64,000 nt of DNA. Origin: an uncultured Candidatus Rokubacteria bacterium. Lineage in GTDB: Bacteria > Methylomirabilota > Methylomirabilia > Rokubacteriales > CSP1-6. Both the position numbers and the translations under genes were made by a program. The DNA lies in the NCBI GenBank assembly GCA_963754315.1, contig CAVWFS010000007.1, positions 544,001 through 608,000 on the forward strand, read 5' to 3'. How positions within the stretch are numbered: the first letter of the stretch is position 1; every line of letters begins with the position of its first letter. Positions 1 through 9,808 of this stretch are shown here, piece after piece. The notes beneath the pieces are model-generated. The model worked only from the letters and a program-made list of their open reading frames with translations. It did no database searches and had not been told where the DNA came from.

Positions 1-552
1 CCCGCCGTGGTCGAGGAGCACACCCTTGGGCCGTCCGGTGGAACCCGACGTGTAGGGCTGCATGCAGATCTCGTCCGGCCGCGTCGACCGGCGCGCCAGG
101 ATGGGGGAAGACGCCGCCAGCAGCGGTTCGTAGGCGAGGGTGCCGTCGACGGCTGGATCGTCGACGATCACGTGCGTGAGGCGCGGGATGCGGGCGGCCA
201 GGCCTCGCGCCCGCTCGGTCATGGCGCGGTTGGCGATCATCACGGCCGCCTCTGCGTCCTCGATCACGTACTGAAGCGCGGCGTCGCCCATGCGCGTGTT
301 GAGAGGGACGGGTACTGCTCCCAGGCGCATCGGCGCGAAGAGGGACTCCAGGAATCGGAAATCGTTGCTGAACATGAGGGCGACGCGATGGCCCGCCTCC
401 ACCCCGAGATCGTGCAGGGCACTGGCCAGGCGGTTGCAGCGCTCGTCCAGATCGGCGAAGGTCAGCACGGTGTCGCCCTGGAGCACGGCGGGTTGATCGG
501 GGATGAGGGCGAGGGGCACGTCGAAGAGATGCCCCACGTTGTCGGGTAGCAT
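1..552 (-). CDS. AMP-binding acyl-CoA synthetase / long-chain fatty acid-CoA ligase (5' part; runs off window start)
   Basis: Manual translation from ATG at 552: MLPDNVGHLFDVPLALIPDQPAV...MQPYTSGSTGRPKGVLLDHGG. Contains the adenylate-forming YTSGxTGxPKG motif. The +strand ORF 7..549 is its shadow. Confidence 0.9.
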   Translation of the reverse strand, partial: MLPDNVGHLFDVPLALIPDQPAVLQGDTVLTFADLDERCNRLASALHDLGVEAGHRVALMFSNDFRFLESLFAPMRLGAVPVPLNTRMGDAALQYVIEDAEAAVMIANRAMTERARGLAARIPRLTHVIVDDPAVDGTLAYEPLLAASSPILARRSTRPDEICMQPYTSGSTGRPKGVLLDHGG

Positions 553-554
553 CC

Positions 555-1631
555 TCACTCCTGAGCCCTGATGATGACCTTACCGAACACCTGCCGACGC
601 TCGAGCGCCAGCTCCCCTTCCGCCGTGCGTTCCAGCGGAAGCACGCGATCGATGACCGGCCGCAACGCGCCGCGGAAGGCAAGGGCCGCCACGGACCGAA
701 GCTCGTCATGGGCCCAGCCGTTGCTTCCCATGATGCGCTGCTCGCGCCGGAACAGGTAGCGGATGTCCGTGGAGCCGATAGGACCGGAGGTCGCCCCACT
801 CGTCACCAGACGGCCACCCTTGCCCAGCGCTCGGATGCTCTTCTCCCAGGTCGCGGCTCCCACCGTCTCGATGATGACATCGACGCCGCGCTTGTCGGTC
901 AGCCCACGCACGGTGACATCCCACTGTGTGTCCTGTGCGTAGTTGATCACCATGTCCGCTCCGTATTCCTTGATGCGCGCCAGCTTGTCGTCGGTGGATG
1001 CGGTGGCAATGACCCGGGCCCCCATGAGCTTGGCGATCTGCACGGCCGCCAAGCCCACGCCGCCGCCGGCGCCCAGGACCAGGACGGCTTCCGCGGGTCG
1101 CGGCCGCGCATGGGTGACCACCATCCGCCACGCCGTGCCCCACGCGACCGGCAGGCAGGCGGCAAGATCGAACGAATACGTATCGGGAATGGCCAGGGCC
1201 TGTCCAGCAGGACACGTCACGTACTCGGCGAGACCGCCCGGATCCATCTCTCCGAGCATGTGCCCACGCAGACAGAGCGGCCGCTCGCCCTGACGGCAGT
1301 ATTCACAGCTCCCACACCCCCAGTTCGGATCGATGAGCACGCGGTCACCAAGCCTGGGCCATCCCACGTTGGGGCCCACCGCCGCCACCACGCCCGCCAC
1401 GTCTCCCCCCGTGATGTGCGGGAGGGGGGTGGGCTCGCCCGGCATTCCCTCACGGGTGAAGATGTCGAGAAAGTTGAGCGCACAGGCCTCCACCCTGACG
1501 AGGATCTCGCCCGGTCCCGGTTCCGGGCATGGCCACCGCGGCTCGAGGGTGAGTACCTCGGGCCCGCCGTGACGATGCATCACCATCGCCCGCATGGTGC
1601 GTGGTGCGGTTTGCGGCGTGCGTGACGACAT
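555..1631 (-). CDS. Zinc-binding MDR-family oxidoreductase (ADH/quinone-reductase-like)
   Basis: Structural Zn cluster CGSCEYC..C and Rossmann GAGGGVG. Catalytic GHE is replaced by GGD. Start taken at MSSRTP (1631); 1595 is an alternative. Confidence 0.88.
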   Translation of the reverse strand: MSSRTPQTAPRTMRAMVMHRHGGPEVLTLEPRWPCPEPGPGEILVRVEACALNFLDIFTREGMPGEPTPLPHITGGDVAGVVAAVGPNVGWPRLGDRVLIDPNWGCGSCEYCRQGERPLCLRGHMLGEMDPGGLAEYVTCPAGQALAIPDTYSFDLAACLPVAWGTAWRMVVTHARPRPAEAVLVLGAGGGVGLAAVQIAKLMGARVIATASTDDKLARIKEYGADMVINYAQDTQWDVTVRGLTDKRGVDVIIETVGAATWEKSIRALGKGGRLVTSGATSGPIGSTDIRYLFRREQRIMGSNGWAHDELRSVAALAFRGALRPVIDRVLPLERTAEGELALERRQVFGKVIIRAQE

Positions 1632-1735
1632 GAGCGGCTCGGCGGAGAATACGCGCGCGCCAAGTCCGGCGTCAAGCGACGCCCCATCCGTCGACCGAAG
1701 GGGATGGCGACGGGTGGGCGTGCTATCGTCGGACC

Positions 1736-2785
1736 ATGGCGTGGAGCTTGACGCGCCTCGTTGTCTTCGTGGCAATCCTCGGGACGGTAGCCGCCGGCGC
1801 CGACGCCGCTACCTGTGACGAGTGGTCGGGGCGCCTGAACGCCGGCGGTGCCCGCGAGTTACGAACCATCTGGCGTGAGCTCGGCGTGAGATCGAGCCTG
1901 TTCGCGGACACCCCCTCCTTGCGTGTGACGCAGCAGGAGCTACCGCGTCCTGATTCGCGGGACGCTTTTCTCGTTCTCGACGTGACCGATACTGTGCGCG
2001 GGGATTGGCAGCAGCTGATCTTTCGGCGCACCGGCGCCCGTTGCCGGTTCATCGGCGCCATCGACGTCGCCGACCAGGGTAGCGAGGCTCCTATCCGCCG
2101 GCTCGTCCCGCTTCCCGCGGGCGAAGCCGCCCTCGTGGTCCTTGCCCCGGCCCGCACCGGCACCGGTCTCGCCCTCGAGCGAGAAACCTGGTATTTGGTT
2201 CGTAATATGGGGGGCCTCGAAAGGGCCCCCCATTGCCCCCCGCGCTCGGGATGTCCCGGGGAACCCGTGACGCCCCTCGGACCTACGCGGCGGTTCGGGG
2301 GCCTCGAAAGGGCCCCCCAAAAGATAGTCGGTCTGTTGCCTCGGATTCTGGAATATCCTGCGCGCGGGCACATGATCGGATGGCCATCGACCTTTGATCG
2401 ATCCTTTTCGACCCGCCTGCAGACTCGTGAGGGTGTCGACGGCATCGACGAGGTGAGTATTGAGTTCACCGCCAGCTATACCAGCGGGAGCTACATCTAC
2501 TGGTTGCCGGTGGAGCCTCTCTTTACGGCTACCCGCCGCGCGGTCTACGTCTGGAAGCGTGAGGCCCGCCGCTTCGTCCTCGATCCGGCGCGCTCCGACG
2601 TCGACGACGACGAGATTGAAGGCATCTTTCAGGACGCCGAAGAGCAGTTTCTGGTTCACAACGTTCGCGACCTCGCGCCATTGGCGGGACGCGCCACCGA
2701 GCAGCAGCGCATCTGGTTTCGGCATTTTCTCGACATGGTGGCGGACAGCCCTGAGAAGCGCGCCGTGATGGAGAGCCTCCGATGA
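1736..2785 (+). CDS. Hypothetical exported protein carrying an in-frame repeat-element insertion
   Basis: 349 aa ORF with an N-terminal signal-like segment (RLVVFVAILGTVAAGADA). Its stop overlaps the ATG of the next gene (ATGA). Residues encoded by ~2204-2326 derive from a DNA palindrome. Confidence 0.7.
   Translation: MAWSLTRLVVFVAILGTVAAGADAATCDEWSGRLNAGGARELRTIWRELGVRSSLFADTPSLRVTQQELPRPDSRDAFLVLDVTDTVRGDWQQLIFRRTGARCRFIGAIDVADQGSEAPIRRLVPLPAGEAALVVLAPARTGTGLALERETWYLVRNMGGLERAPHCPPRSGCPGEPVTPLGPTRRFGGLERAPQKIVGLLPRILEYPARGHMIGWPSTFDRSFSTRLQTREGVDGIDEVSIEFTASYTSGSYIYWLPVEPLFTATRRAVYVWKREARRFVLDPARSDVDDDEIEGIFQDAEEQFLVHNVRDLAPLAGRATEQQRIWFRHFLDMVADSPEKRAVMESLR
2204..2322 (+). repeat. Palindromic repeat element copy 1 (intragenic, in-frame)
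   Basis: Exact 23-bp direct repeat GGGGGCCTCGAAAGGGCCCCCCA at 2210-2232 and 2297-2319, flanking a central hairpin GGGATGTCCCGGGGAACCCGTGACGCCCC. Confidence 0.85.
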
Positions 2786-4143
2786 CCGTGAGCATGCGGC
2801 TAGCCGAGTTCACCGTTCGCACCCGCTTGGAGGACTGCCCTGCCGAGACACGCAGTGCCGTGGGCCGGGCCGCCCTCGATACCGTGGGCGTCACCCTCGC
2901 CGGGTCATCCGCGCCGGTGGCGCAGATCCTGCGGCGTGTCCTTCGCGCCGAAGGCGGCCCACCTCTGTGCACCATCATCGGAACTCGGGCCCGCGCCAGC
3001 GCGACCGCGGCCGCCCTTGCCAACGGTGCGGCCGGTCACGCTCACGATTTTGACGACACGAATTTCGTCTTGATGGGCCATCCGAGCGTCCCGCTTCTGG
3101 CGGCAATCCTCGCCGCGGCCGAGGCCGAGATGAGCGATGGGGCGCGGGTCGCGCTCGCCTACATCGTTGGCTTCGAAGTCGGCGCCGCCCTCGGCGCCAG
3201 TCTCAACCCTTCCCACTACGAGCGGGGCTGGCACGCCACGTCCACCATCGGTAGCCTGGCGTGCGCGGCCGCCGCCGCCAAAATCCTGAACCTGGACGTG
3301 GCGGCCACGACAACCACGCTCGGCATCGCGGCCTCGTTGGCCTCGGGGCTGAAGGAGAACTTCGGCTCCATGACCAAACCCTTCCACGCTGGCCATGCCG
3401 CGCGTAACGGGGTGTGGGCGGCTTTGCTCGCGCGCGAGGGGTTGTCCGCGTCTCCCGCGGCGCTCGACGGGCAACAGGGTTACTTCGTCGCCTTCGGAGG
3501 ACAAGGAAACCTGGATGCTGCCCTCGATGGTCTTGGTCAACGCTGGCAACTCCTCGAGTCTGGTCTCGCGGTCAAGCCGTATCCGTCGTGCGCGTTCACG
3601 CACGCCACCATCGACAGCCTGCTCGAGCTCCGGGAGCGCCATCGGCTCGATCCCGATCAACTGGCTCACGTCGAGGTGGGAGTCACCCGGGTTGTTCCCC
3701 CCGTCCTGCTTCACACTCACCCGGCCACCGGGCTCGAGCGAAAGTTCTCCATGCAGTTTTGCGCGGCGGCCGCCCTCGTCGAGGGACGTGTGGACCTCGA
3801 TAGTTTCGAGGATGGCCCGCCGGCCCCGGCGATCGAGAAGCTGATGTCCCGGATCAGCATGGTGGTGGACCAGACCCTGCCGGACCAACGCGAGCAGCAT
3901 GCGTGGAGCCGCGTCACCATCCATCGCTCCGACGGGACGGTGATCAGCTCACCCCCGCGCGGCGCGCAAGGCCACCCCGACCAACCGCTCTCGCCGCGAG
4001 CCCTCCGCGCCAAGTTCGTTGCCTGCGCAAGCCGGGTCATCCCGCACGAGGAGGCGGAAGCCGTCGCGGACCAACTCGCCGACCTCGAGCACGTGCCCGA
4101 CATCCGGGCCCTGACCTCGCGGCTCGTGGCCGACAACGACTAA
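2782..4143 (+). CDS. MmgE/PrpD family protein
   Basis: NGAAGHAHDFDD, GHPS, GWHAT, KPFHAG and KPYPSC motifs typical of MmgE/PrpD. Confidence 0.92.
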   Translation: MTVSMRLAEFTVRTRLEDCPAETRSAVGRAALDTVGVTLAGSSAPVAQILRRVLRAEGGPPLCTIIGTRARASATAAALANGAAGHAHDFDDTNFVLMGHPSVPLLAAILAAAEAEMSDGARVALAYIVGFEVGAALGASLNPSHYERGWHATSTIGSLACAAAAAKILNLDVAATTTTLGIAASLASGLKENFGSMTKPFHAGHAARNGVWAALLAREGLSASPAALDGQQGYFVAFGGQGNLDAALDGLGQRWQLLESGLAVKPYPSCAFTHATIDSLLELRERHRLDPDQLAHVEVGVTRVVPPVLLHTHPATGLERKFSMQFCAAAALVEGRVDLDSFEDGPPAPAIEKLMSRISMVVDQTLPDQREQHAWSRVTIHRSDGTVISSPPRGAQGHPDQPLSPRALRAKFVACASRVIPHEEAEAVADQLADLEHVPDIRALTSRLVADND

Positions 4144-4163
4144 CCCGAAAGGACCACTGTCAT

Positions 4164-5354
4164 ATGGGAGTGCTGGACGGTATCAAGATCCTCGAGATGG
4201 CACGGGTGGCTCCGGCGGAGCTCCCGGGAATGATGCTCGCTGACATGGGCGCCGACGTGCTGAAGATCGAGACGCCCGAACCCGGCACCCTGCCCGACAC
4301 AAAGGCCGACCGCCAGGCCGCCTTTGCCTTCGTCAACCGCAACAAGCGGAGCATGACCCTCAACATGAAGGATTCCGCCGGCCAGGAGGTCTTCCGCAAG
4401 CTTGCGGCCGGCGCGGACGTCATCGTGGAGGGCTTTCGCCCCGGCGTGATGCAACGCCTCGGGGCCGACTATGAAACCATCCGCGCCCTCAATCCGCGTA
4501 TCGTCTACTGCTCCCTCTCCGGCTTCGGCCAGGACGGGCCGTACCGTGATTATCCGGCGCACGACATGAACTACCTCTCGCTGGCGGGTGTTCTGGGCCT
4601 GATTGGCGAAGCCGACCGCAAACCGGCTATTCCCCTCAACCTCGTCGCCGACTACGCGGGGGCCAGCTTGCATGGGGCTCTCGGAATCATGCTGGCCCTC
4701 TTCGCGCGCGAGCGCACGGGTCGGGGGCAGCACGTGGACGTGTCCTACCTCGACACGACCCTCTCCCTCCTGGCGGCGACCCCGAACATGCGCTTCTTGT
4801 TCAGTGACGGTCTGGCCCCCCGACGTGGAGCGGGATTCCTCGGTGGCTCCTACCCGTACTACGCCATCTACGAGACGCGGGACGGCAAGCTACTGACCAT
4901 CGGCTGCACCGAGCCTTGGCTGTGGGAGAACTTCTGCAAGGCCATCGGCCGCCCCGACTTCGTCCGCTTCGCCCGGAACGCGGACCAGTTCGTGCGAGCC
5001 GCCAATGCCGAGGAGGAGCAGGCGCGCCGTGACATCGAGGCCATCATCAGGACACGCGACCGTGATGATTGGTATGAATACTTAGTGAAGGCGGACGTCT
5101 GCGTGGGCAAGGTGTACGACCCCGAAGAAGTGATCCGCGACCCTCAGATTCTTCACCGCAAGATGGTCGTGGACATCGACCACCCGCGCCATGGTCGAAT
5201 CACGCAGTTTGGCACGGCCATCAAGCTCTCGGAGACTCCGGGGGCCATACGATCAGCGGGCGCTGCCCCAGGCGAGCACACGGATGAGGTCCTGCGTGAG
5301 CTGGGATACACCGCGGGGGCGATTCACACCCTGCGCGACAAGGGCGTCGTGTGA
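4164..5354 (+). CDS. CaiB/BaiF family III CoA-transferase
   Basis: LADMGADVLKIE, NRNKRS, EGFRPGV, SGFGQDGPY and AHDMNY motifs. ATG at 4164 follows an AAGGA RBS. Confidence 0.92.
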   Translation: MGVLDGIKILEMARVAPAELPGMMLADMGADVLKIETPEPGTLPDTKADRQAAFAFVNRNKRSMTLNMKDSAGQEVFRKLAAGADVIVEGFRPGVMQRLGADYETIRALNPRIVYCSLSGFGQDGPYRDYPAHDMNYLSLAGVLGLIGEADRKPAIPLNLVADYAGASLHGALGIMLALFARERTGRGQHVDVSYLDTTLSLLAATPNMRFLFSDGLAPRRGAGFLGGSYPYYAIYETRDGKLLTIGCTEPWLWENFCKAIGRPDFVRFARNADQFVRAANAEEEQARRDIEAIIRTRDRDDWYEYLVKADVCVGKVYDPEEVIRDPQILHRKMVVDIDHPRHGRITQFGTAIKLSETPGAIRSAGAAPGEHTDEVLRELGYTAGAIHTLRDKGVV

Positions 5355-5393
5355 TGAACCTGAGGGGATCCGAACCGTCCCACTCCCCGGAGC

Positions 5394-6794
5394 TCACACC
5401 ATGCTGTCGGGGCGGACAAGCGTGTCGAATTCCTCTCCGCTGACATAGCCGAGGCGCACGGCCGCTTCGCGGAGCGTCAGACCGTCGGCGGCCGCCAGCT
5501 GGGCAATCTTGGCCGCCCGGTCATAGCCAAGGCGAGGAGCGAGCGCCGTGACCAGCATGAGCGAGTTTTGCACGTGGGCGGCGATTCGCGCCCGATCGAT
5601 CTCGAGCCCCACCAGCATGTGATCGACGAACGTCCGGCTCGCGTCCACCAGCAGACTTACCGAGCCGAGAAAGCCGTGGATCATGAGGGGCCGGAAGGTG
5701 TTCAGCTCGAGCTGCCCCTGCGATCCGGCCAGCGTCGTGGCAGTGTGCTGGCCAAGCACCTGAACAGCCACCATCGTCATGGCTTCGCACTGGGTCGGGT
5801 TCACCTTGCCCGGCATGATCGACGACCCGGGCTCGTTGGCGGGGAGGATCAGCTCGCCCAGCCCCGCCCGGGGCCCCGACGCCAAGAGGCGGATGTCGTT
5901 GGCGACCTTCATCAAGGAACCGGCCAGGGTGGCCACCGCGCCGCTCGCGAAGACAAGCTCGTCAGAGGCGGACAGGGCGGCAAACATATTGGGGTGGGAA
6001 CGGAAAGGAAGTCCCGTCAGCTCGGCAATCTTGGCCGTGGCGCGCTCACCAAATCCTGAGGGCGCATTGAGGCCGGTGCCAACCGCGGTCCCGCCGAGCG
6101 CAAGGTCCAAGAGGCCGTCGACGGCCAGGCGCAGTCGATCGACGTCACGCGCCAAGAGGCTTGCCCAGCCTGACATCTCCTGGCCGACGGTGAGGGGCAC
6201 TGCGTCTTGCAAGTGTGTGCGGCCGATCTTGACCACCCCTGCGAAGGCTTGGGCCTTGGCCGCGATGGTGTCGTGGACACGCTGGATGGCGGGGATCAAG
6301 GCCCGCTCGACCCGCGTCGCCGCTGCAATGGACATCGCCGTGGGGAACACGTCGTTGGACGACTGCGATTGGTTCACGTCGTCGTTGGGGTGGATGGGCC
6401 GCTTGCTACCACGCACGCCGCCGGCCAGCTCGATGGCCCGGTTGGCGATGACCTCGTTGACATTCATGTTCGTCTGGGTTCCGCTGCCTGTTTGCCAGAC
6501 GCGCAGCGGGAACTGATCCGCGAGCTGGCCCGCAATGATCTCGTCGGCGGCGCGCACGATGAGGCGCGCCTTGTCTGGGGCGAGCACCCCAAGCTCCGCG
6601 TTCACGAGGGCCGCGGCCTTCTTGACGATGGCCAGGGCCTGGATGAGCTCGGGGGGCAGGGTGTCGCGCCCGATGTCGAAGTAGGTGAGCGAACGCTGGG
6701 TTTGCGCGCCCCAATAGACGTGGGCCGGCACTGCGATCTCGCCGAAGCTATCGGATTCGATCCGGACAGGACCACTGGCGGGCGCGGGATCCAC
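5394..6794 (-). CDS. fumC: Class II fumarate hydratase
   Basis: WGAQTQRS, QTGSGTQTNMN, HPNDDVN, GRTHLQDA and GSSIMPGKVNPTQCE signatures. GTG start inferred at 6794. Confidence 0.95.
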   Translation of the reverse strand: MDPAPASGPVRIESDSFGEIAVPAHVYWGAQTQRSLTYFDIGRDTLPPELIQALAIVKKAAALVNAELGVLAPDKARLIVRAADEIIAGQLADQFPLRVWQTGSGTQTNMNVNEVIANRAIELAGGVRGSKRPIHPNDDVNQSQSSNDVFPTAMSIAAATRVERALIPAIQRVHDTIAAKAQAFAGVVKIGRTHLQDAVPLTVGQEMSGWASLLARDVDRLRLAVDGLLDLALGGTAVGTGLNAPSGFGERATAKIAELTGLPFRSHPNMFAALSASDELVFASGAVATLAGSLMKVANDIRLLASGPRAGLGELILPANEPGSSIMPGKVNPTQCEAMTMVAVQVLGQHTATTLAGSQGQLELNTFRPLMIHGFLGSVSLLVDASRTFVDHMLVGLEIDRARIAAHVQNSLMLVTALAPRLGYDRAAKIAQLAAADGLTLREAAVRLGYVSGEEFDTLVRPDSMV

Positions 6795-6822
6795 GGCGCT
6801 CGACTCGGCCGCGATCGGCGTC

Positions 6823-8067
6823 TTAGGGCAGCCCGAGAAGGACTCGAAAGCGCTCGAGCTCGTGCGTGGGCACGTCGGGACGCGCACGCAGGCTCGCATA
6901 CACCGCGGCGGGGGTCTCATCGATGGCGCGCAGCACCTTGGCGAAGGTCTGCAGGAGCCGGCGCGACTCCTTGGCAGCCTTCTCCTGCGCCACCGAGCTG
7001 GCGATCTTGAGCATCAGGGTGGCGAAGGCGCTGTCGATCTTCAGCTGACCCGCGAGTCGCGCCTGCAGCAGGTGGCGCCCATCCTGGGTCGGCCACGTCT
7101 CATAGTCGATCGTGACAACCGCCTCGCCCGGGATGGACGGGAGCAGCTTGTGGTGAAACTCACCCTTCGCGTAGAGCATCCGGGTTCCGCCGGCCGCATG
7201 CACGACGGTGAGCTGGCCGGTGGCGCCCCAGCCGTCGTCGATGAACATGCCGTCGTCGGTCCGCCAGATTCGATAGCGAGCCAGGCGAAGCGCTCGCGTG
7301 ATGTGAGTCGCAAAATCCGGATGGTCGAGCAAGAACTCGAACACCTCGGGACGGCCAACCATCACTTCGGATTCGGCCCGGGCGGAGACCGAGGGATTGC
7401 GTGTGACCTCATCCAGCCGGGCCCGGCTGAAATGAGTGGCGGGACCGATGGGCAGGACCGGCTTCGTCGTCGGGGAGTCCATTGTTGATGGCGCACGATC
7501 GTCGCTCACCGCGCCGCGCTGCCCGTCTACCAGGACCCCGATCTGGTCGGCGAACACCTCGCCCGGCGCCAAGGGTTCCCCATCGTGGGCGCCTTCCCTC
7601 AGGGCCGACGCCGCATGGCTCACCGCATCTCGCGCGGGTGGCTCGCCTTGCAGAAGCGCTGTCTCCGCCGTGGCAGAGGAGGGCGGGACTGTCGCTTCCG
7701 CTACGGTCGGAGCAATGGTTTCGGCTGCAGGCTGAGAAATGGTTTCGGCCTCGGGCTGAGCAATGGGCTCGGCCGCGGGCTGGGCACGAGTCGGGGCTAC
7801 CGGCTTGGCGGCGATGCCTGCCGGGGTTTGCGTGTTTGGTCGGGTGGCCCTTCGCGCGTCTCTCGGGGCCGCCGGTCCTGGTAATCGGCTGCGATCCTCG
7901 CCAGCGACGACTTCTACGATCGGCGTCTCTGGGTCCTGCCAGAAAGCGCCGAGCGTTCCGCCCAGAAACAGCGAGGTTGTGCCGACCCCCACCAGGAGGT
8001 GGAGCGAAAGAGACGCAGCCACGCTCGCCACGGCGCGGCGGCCATACCCTGCGCGCGGTTCCTCCAT
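6823..8067 (-). CDS. Membrane-anchored hypothetical protein with Pro/Ala-rich linker (TonB/TolA-like N-terminus)
   Basis: N-terminal TM segment with S-x3-H (SLSLH), then low-complexity AEPIAQPE/AETISQPA/AETIAPTV repeats and a globular C-terminal domain. Confidence 0.65.
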   Translation of the reverse strand: MEEPRAGYGRRAVASVAASLSLHLLVGVGTTSLFLGGTLGAFWQDPETPIVEVVAGEDRSRLPGPAAPRDARRATRPNTQTPAGIAAKPVAPTRAQPAAEPIAQPEAETISQPAAETIAPTVAEATVPPSSATAETALLQGEPPARDAVSHAASALREGAHDGEPLAPGEVFADQIGVLVDGQRGAVSDDRAPSTMDSPTTKPVLPIGPATHFSRARLDEVTRNPSVSARAESEVMVGRPEVFEFLLDHPDFATHITRALRLARYRIWRTDDGMFIDDGWGATGQLTVVHAAGGTRMLYAKGEFHHKLLPSIPGEAVVTIDYETWPTQDGRHLLQARLAGQLKIDSAFATLMLKIASSVAQEKAAKESRRLLQTFAKVLRAIDETPAAVYASLRARPDVPTHELERFRVLLGLP

Positions 8068-8113
8068 GAGGAGAAGTATACGGCGAGGCGGCGCCGAAGC
8101 GCTCCGCTTCAAC

Positions 8114-9808
8114 CTACCCGGGCGTGGGGGCGCGGAGGAAGTCAAAGTCGCATCCGGCATCGGCCTGGAGCACGTGCTCCATGTAGAGGCGACGGTACCC
8201 TCGCGCGAAGCCGGGAGGCGTCTGCACCTGGTGGAGCCGGTGCCGGATCTCAGCGTCCTCCACGAGCAGATCGAGCCGGCGGTCCTTCACGCTGAATCGA
8301 ATACGGTCGCCATGCCGCACCGCGGCCAAGGGGCCGCCCGCCGCGGCCTCCGGCGTCACGTGCAACACGATGGTGCCGAACGCCGTACCGCTCATCCGCG
8401 CGTCCGAGATTCGGACCATGTCGGTCACACCAGCGCGGCTGAGCTTCTGGGGAATCGGCAGGTAACCAGCTTCCGGCATCCCGGGACCACCCAAAGGGCC
8501 CGCGTTCTTCAAGACAAGATAGTCCGTCGGGGTGACGTCGAGGGCGGGGTCGTCGATGCGCGCGGAGAGATCGTCGAGGGACTCGAAGACGATCGCTCGG
8601 CCCTCGCCCTCGAACAGCCGCGTGTCGGCGGCCGAGCGCTTGAGGAGCGCCCCCCGCGGGGCAAGCGAACCGAACAGGGCGACGAGCCCGCCGACGCTCT
8701 GGAACGGATCGGCAGCGCTACGGATCACGCTGCGGTCCACGTAGCGCTCCCCATCCTCGATGCGGGCGCCCAGGGTTTCGCCCGTCACGGTCTGGCAGTC
8801 GAGATGGAGCATGGGGCGCAGCTCGCGCAGGACGGCGGTCATTCCACCTGCCGCGAAGAAGTCCTCCATGTAGTGCTGACCCGAGGGCTTGAGATCGACC
8901 AGCACCGGCGTCTCGTCGCTGATACGGTTGAGCTGCGCCAGCGAGAGCTCAATACCCAGTCGCCCGGCAATGGCGGTGAGATGGATCACGGCGTTGGTGG
9001 AACCCCCTATGGCGAGGAGCACGCGTAGGGCATTTTCGACCGCGGCCGGCGTCATGATCCGTTCCGGTGTCCGCCCCGATCGCGCCAATGCAACCGCCGC
9101 TTCGCCTGATGCTTCGGCCACGCGCAACCGGTCGGCGTGGACGGCGGGCACGGCGCCCGCGCCCACCACCGTCATGCCGAGGGCCTCGGCCACACACGCC
9201 ATCGTGCTCGCCGTCCCCATCACCGCGCACGTCCCCGTCGTGGTCGCCAGCCGCCCTTCGATGCCCGCGATCTCGTCGGGAGACACCTGACCAGCGCGAT
9301 ACTTGCCCCAGAAGCGCCGGCAATCGGTGCACGCGCCGAGCCGCTCCCCCTGCCAGCGCCCGGTCATCATCGATCCCGCCGGCACCTGGATCGCGGGCAC
9401 CCCTGCCGACGCCGCGCCCATGAGCTGCGCGGGAATCGTCTTGTCGCAGCCCCCCACGAGCACGACGGCATCCATCGGCTGGGCGCGGACCATCTCCTCA
9501 ACGTCCATCGACATGAGATTCCGGTACAGCATGCTGGTGGGTTCCAGAAAGACCTCCCCCAGCGAGATGGTGGGAAAATCCAGGGCCAACCCGCCGGCCG
9601 CGGTCACTCCTCGCCGCACCGCCTCCATCAGTTCCGGAAGGTGGCGGTGACAGTTGTTGAACCCACTGCGTGAGTCGGCGATGCCGACGATCGGCCGGGC
9701 GAGAGCAGCCGTCGAGTAGCCCATCGAGCGCGCGAACGAGCGCCGCAGGTAGAGGGCGAAGTCTCGGTCACCATAGTTCGTCAGCCCACGCCGAAGCCCG
9801 TCTGTCAT
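8114..9808 (-). CDS. Dihydroxy-acid dehydratase family (IlvD/Edd)
   Basis: NNCH, GGCDKTIPA, CAVMGTASTM, GGSTNA, GPGMPE and SDARMSGT motifs. Start MTDGLRRG overlaps the upstream stop. Confidence 0.92.
   Translation of the reverse strand: MTDGLRRGLTNYGDRDFALYLRRSFARSMGYSTAALARPIVGIADSRSGFNNCHRHLPELMEAVRRGVTAAGGLALDFPTISLGEVFLEPTSMLYRNLMSMDVEEMVRAQPMDAVVLVGGCDKTIPAQLMGAASAGVPAIQVPAGSMMTGRWQGERLGACTDCRRFWGKYRAGQVSPDEIAGIEGRLATTTGTCAVMGTASTMACVAEALGMTVVGAGAVPAVHADRLRVAEASGEAAVALARSGRTPERIMTPAAVENALRVLLAIGGSTNAVIHLTAIAGRLGIELSLAQLNRISDETPVLVDLKPSGQHYMEDFFAAGGMTAVLRELRPMLHLDCQTVTGETLGARIEDGERYVDRSVIRSAADPFQSVGGLVALFGSLAPRGALLKRSAADTRLFEGEGRAIVFESLDDLSARIDDPALDVTPTDYLVLKNAGPLGGPGMPEAGYLPIPQKLSRAGVTDMVRISDARMSGTAFGTIVLHVTPEAAAGGPLAAVRHGDRIRFSVKDRRLDLLVEDAEIRHRLHQVQTPPGFARGYRRLYMEHVLQADAGCDFDFLRAPTPG

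Noticed and set aside
7..549. Long antisense/alternative-frame ORFs (e.g. 7..549, 9670..11058, 42298..43629, 51906..53366)
   Set aside because: These are shadow ORFs of recognisable genes on the other strand, as expected at high GC.
2204..2322. 23-bp direct repeat as a mini CRISPR array
   Set aside because: There are only two units, the intervening sequence is itself conserved in the 13.8-kb copy (not a unique spacer), and no cas genes are present.
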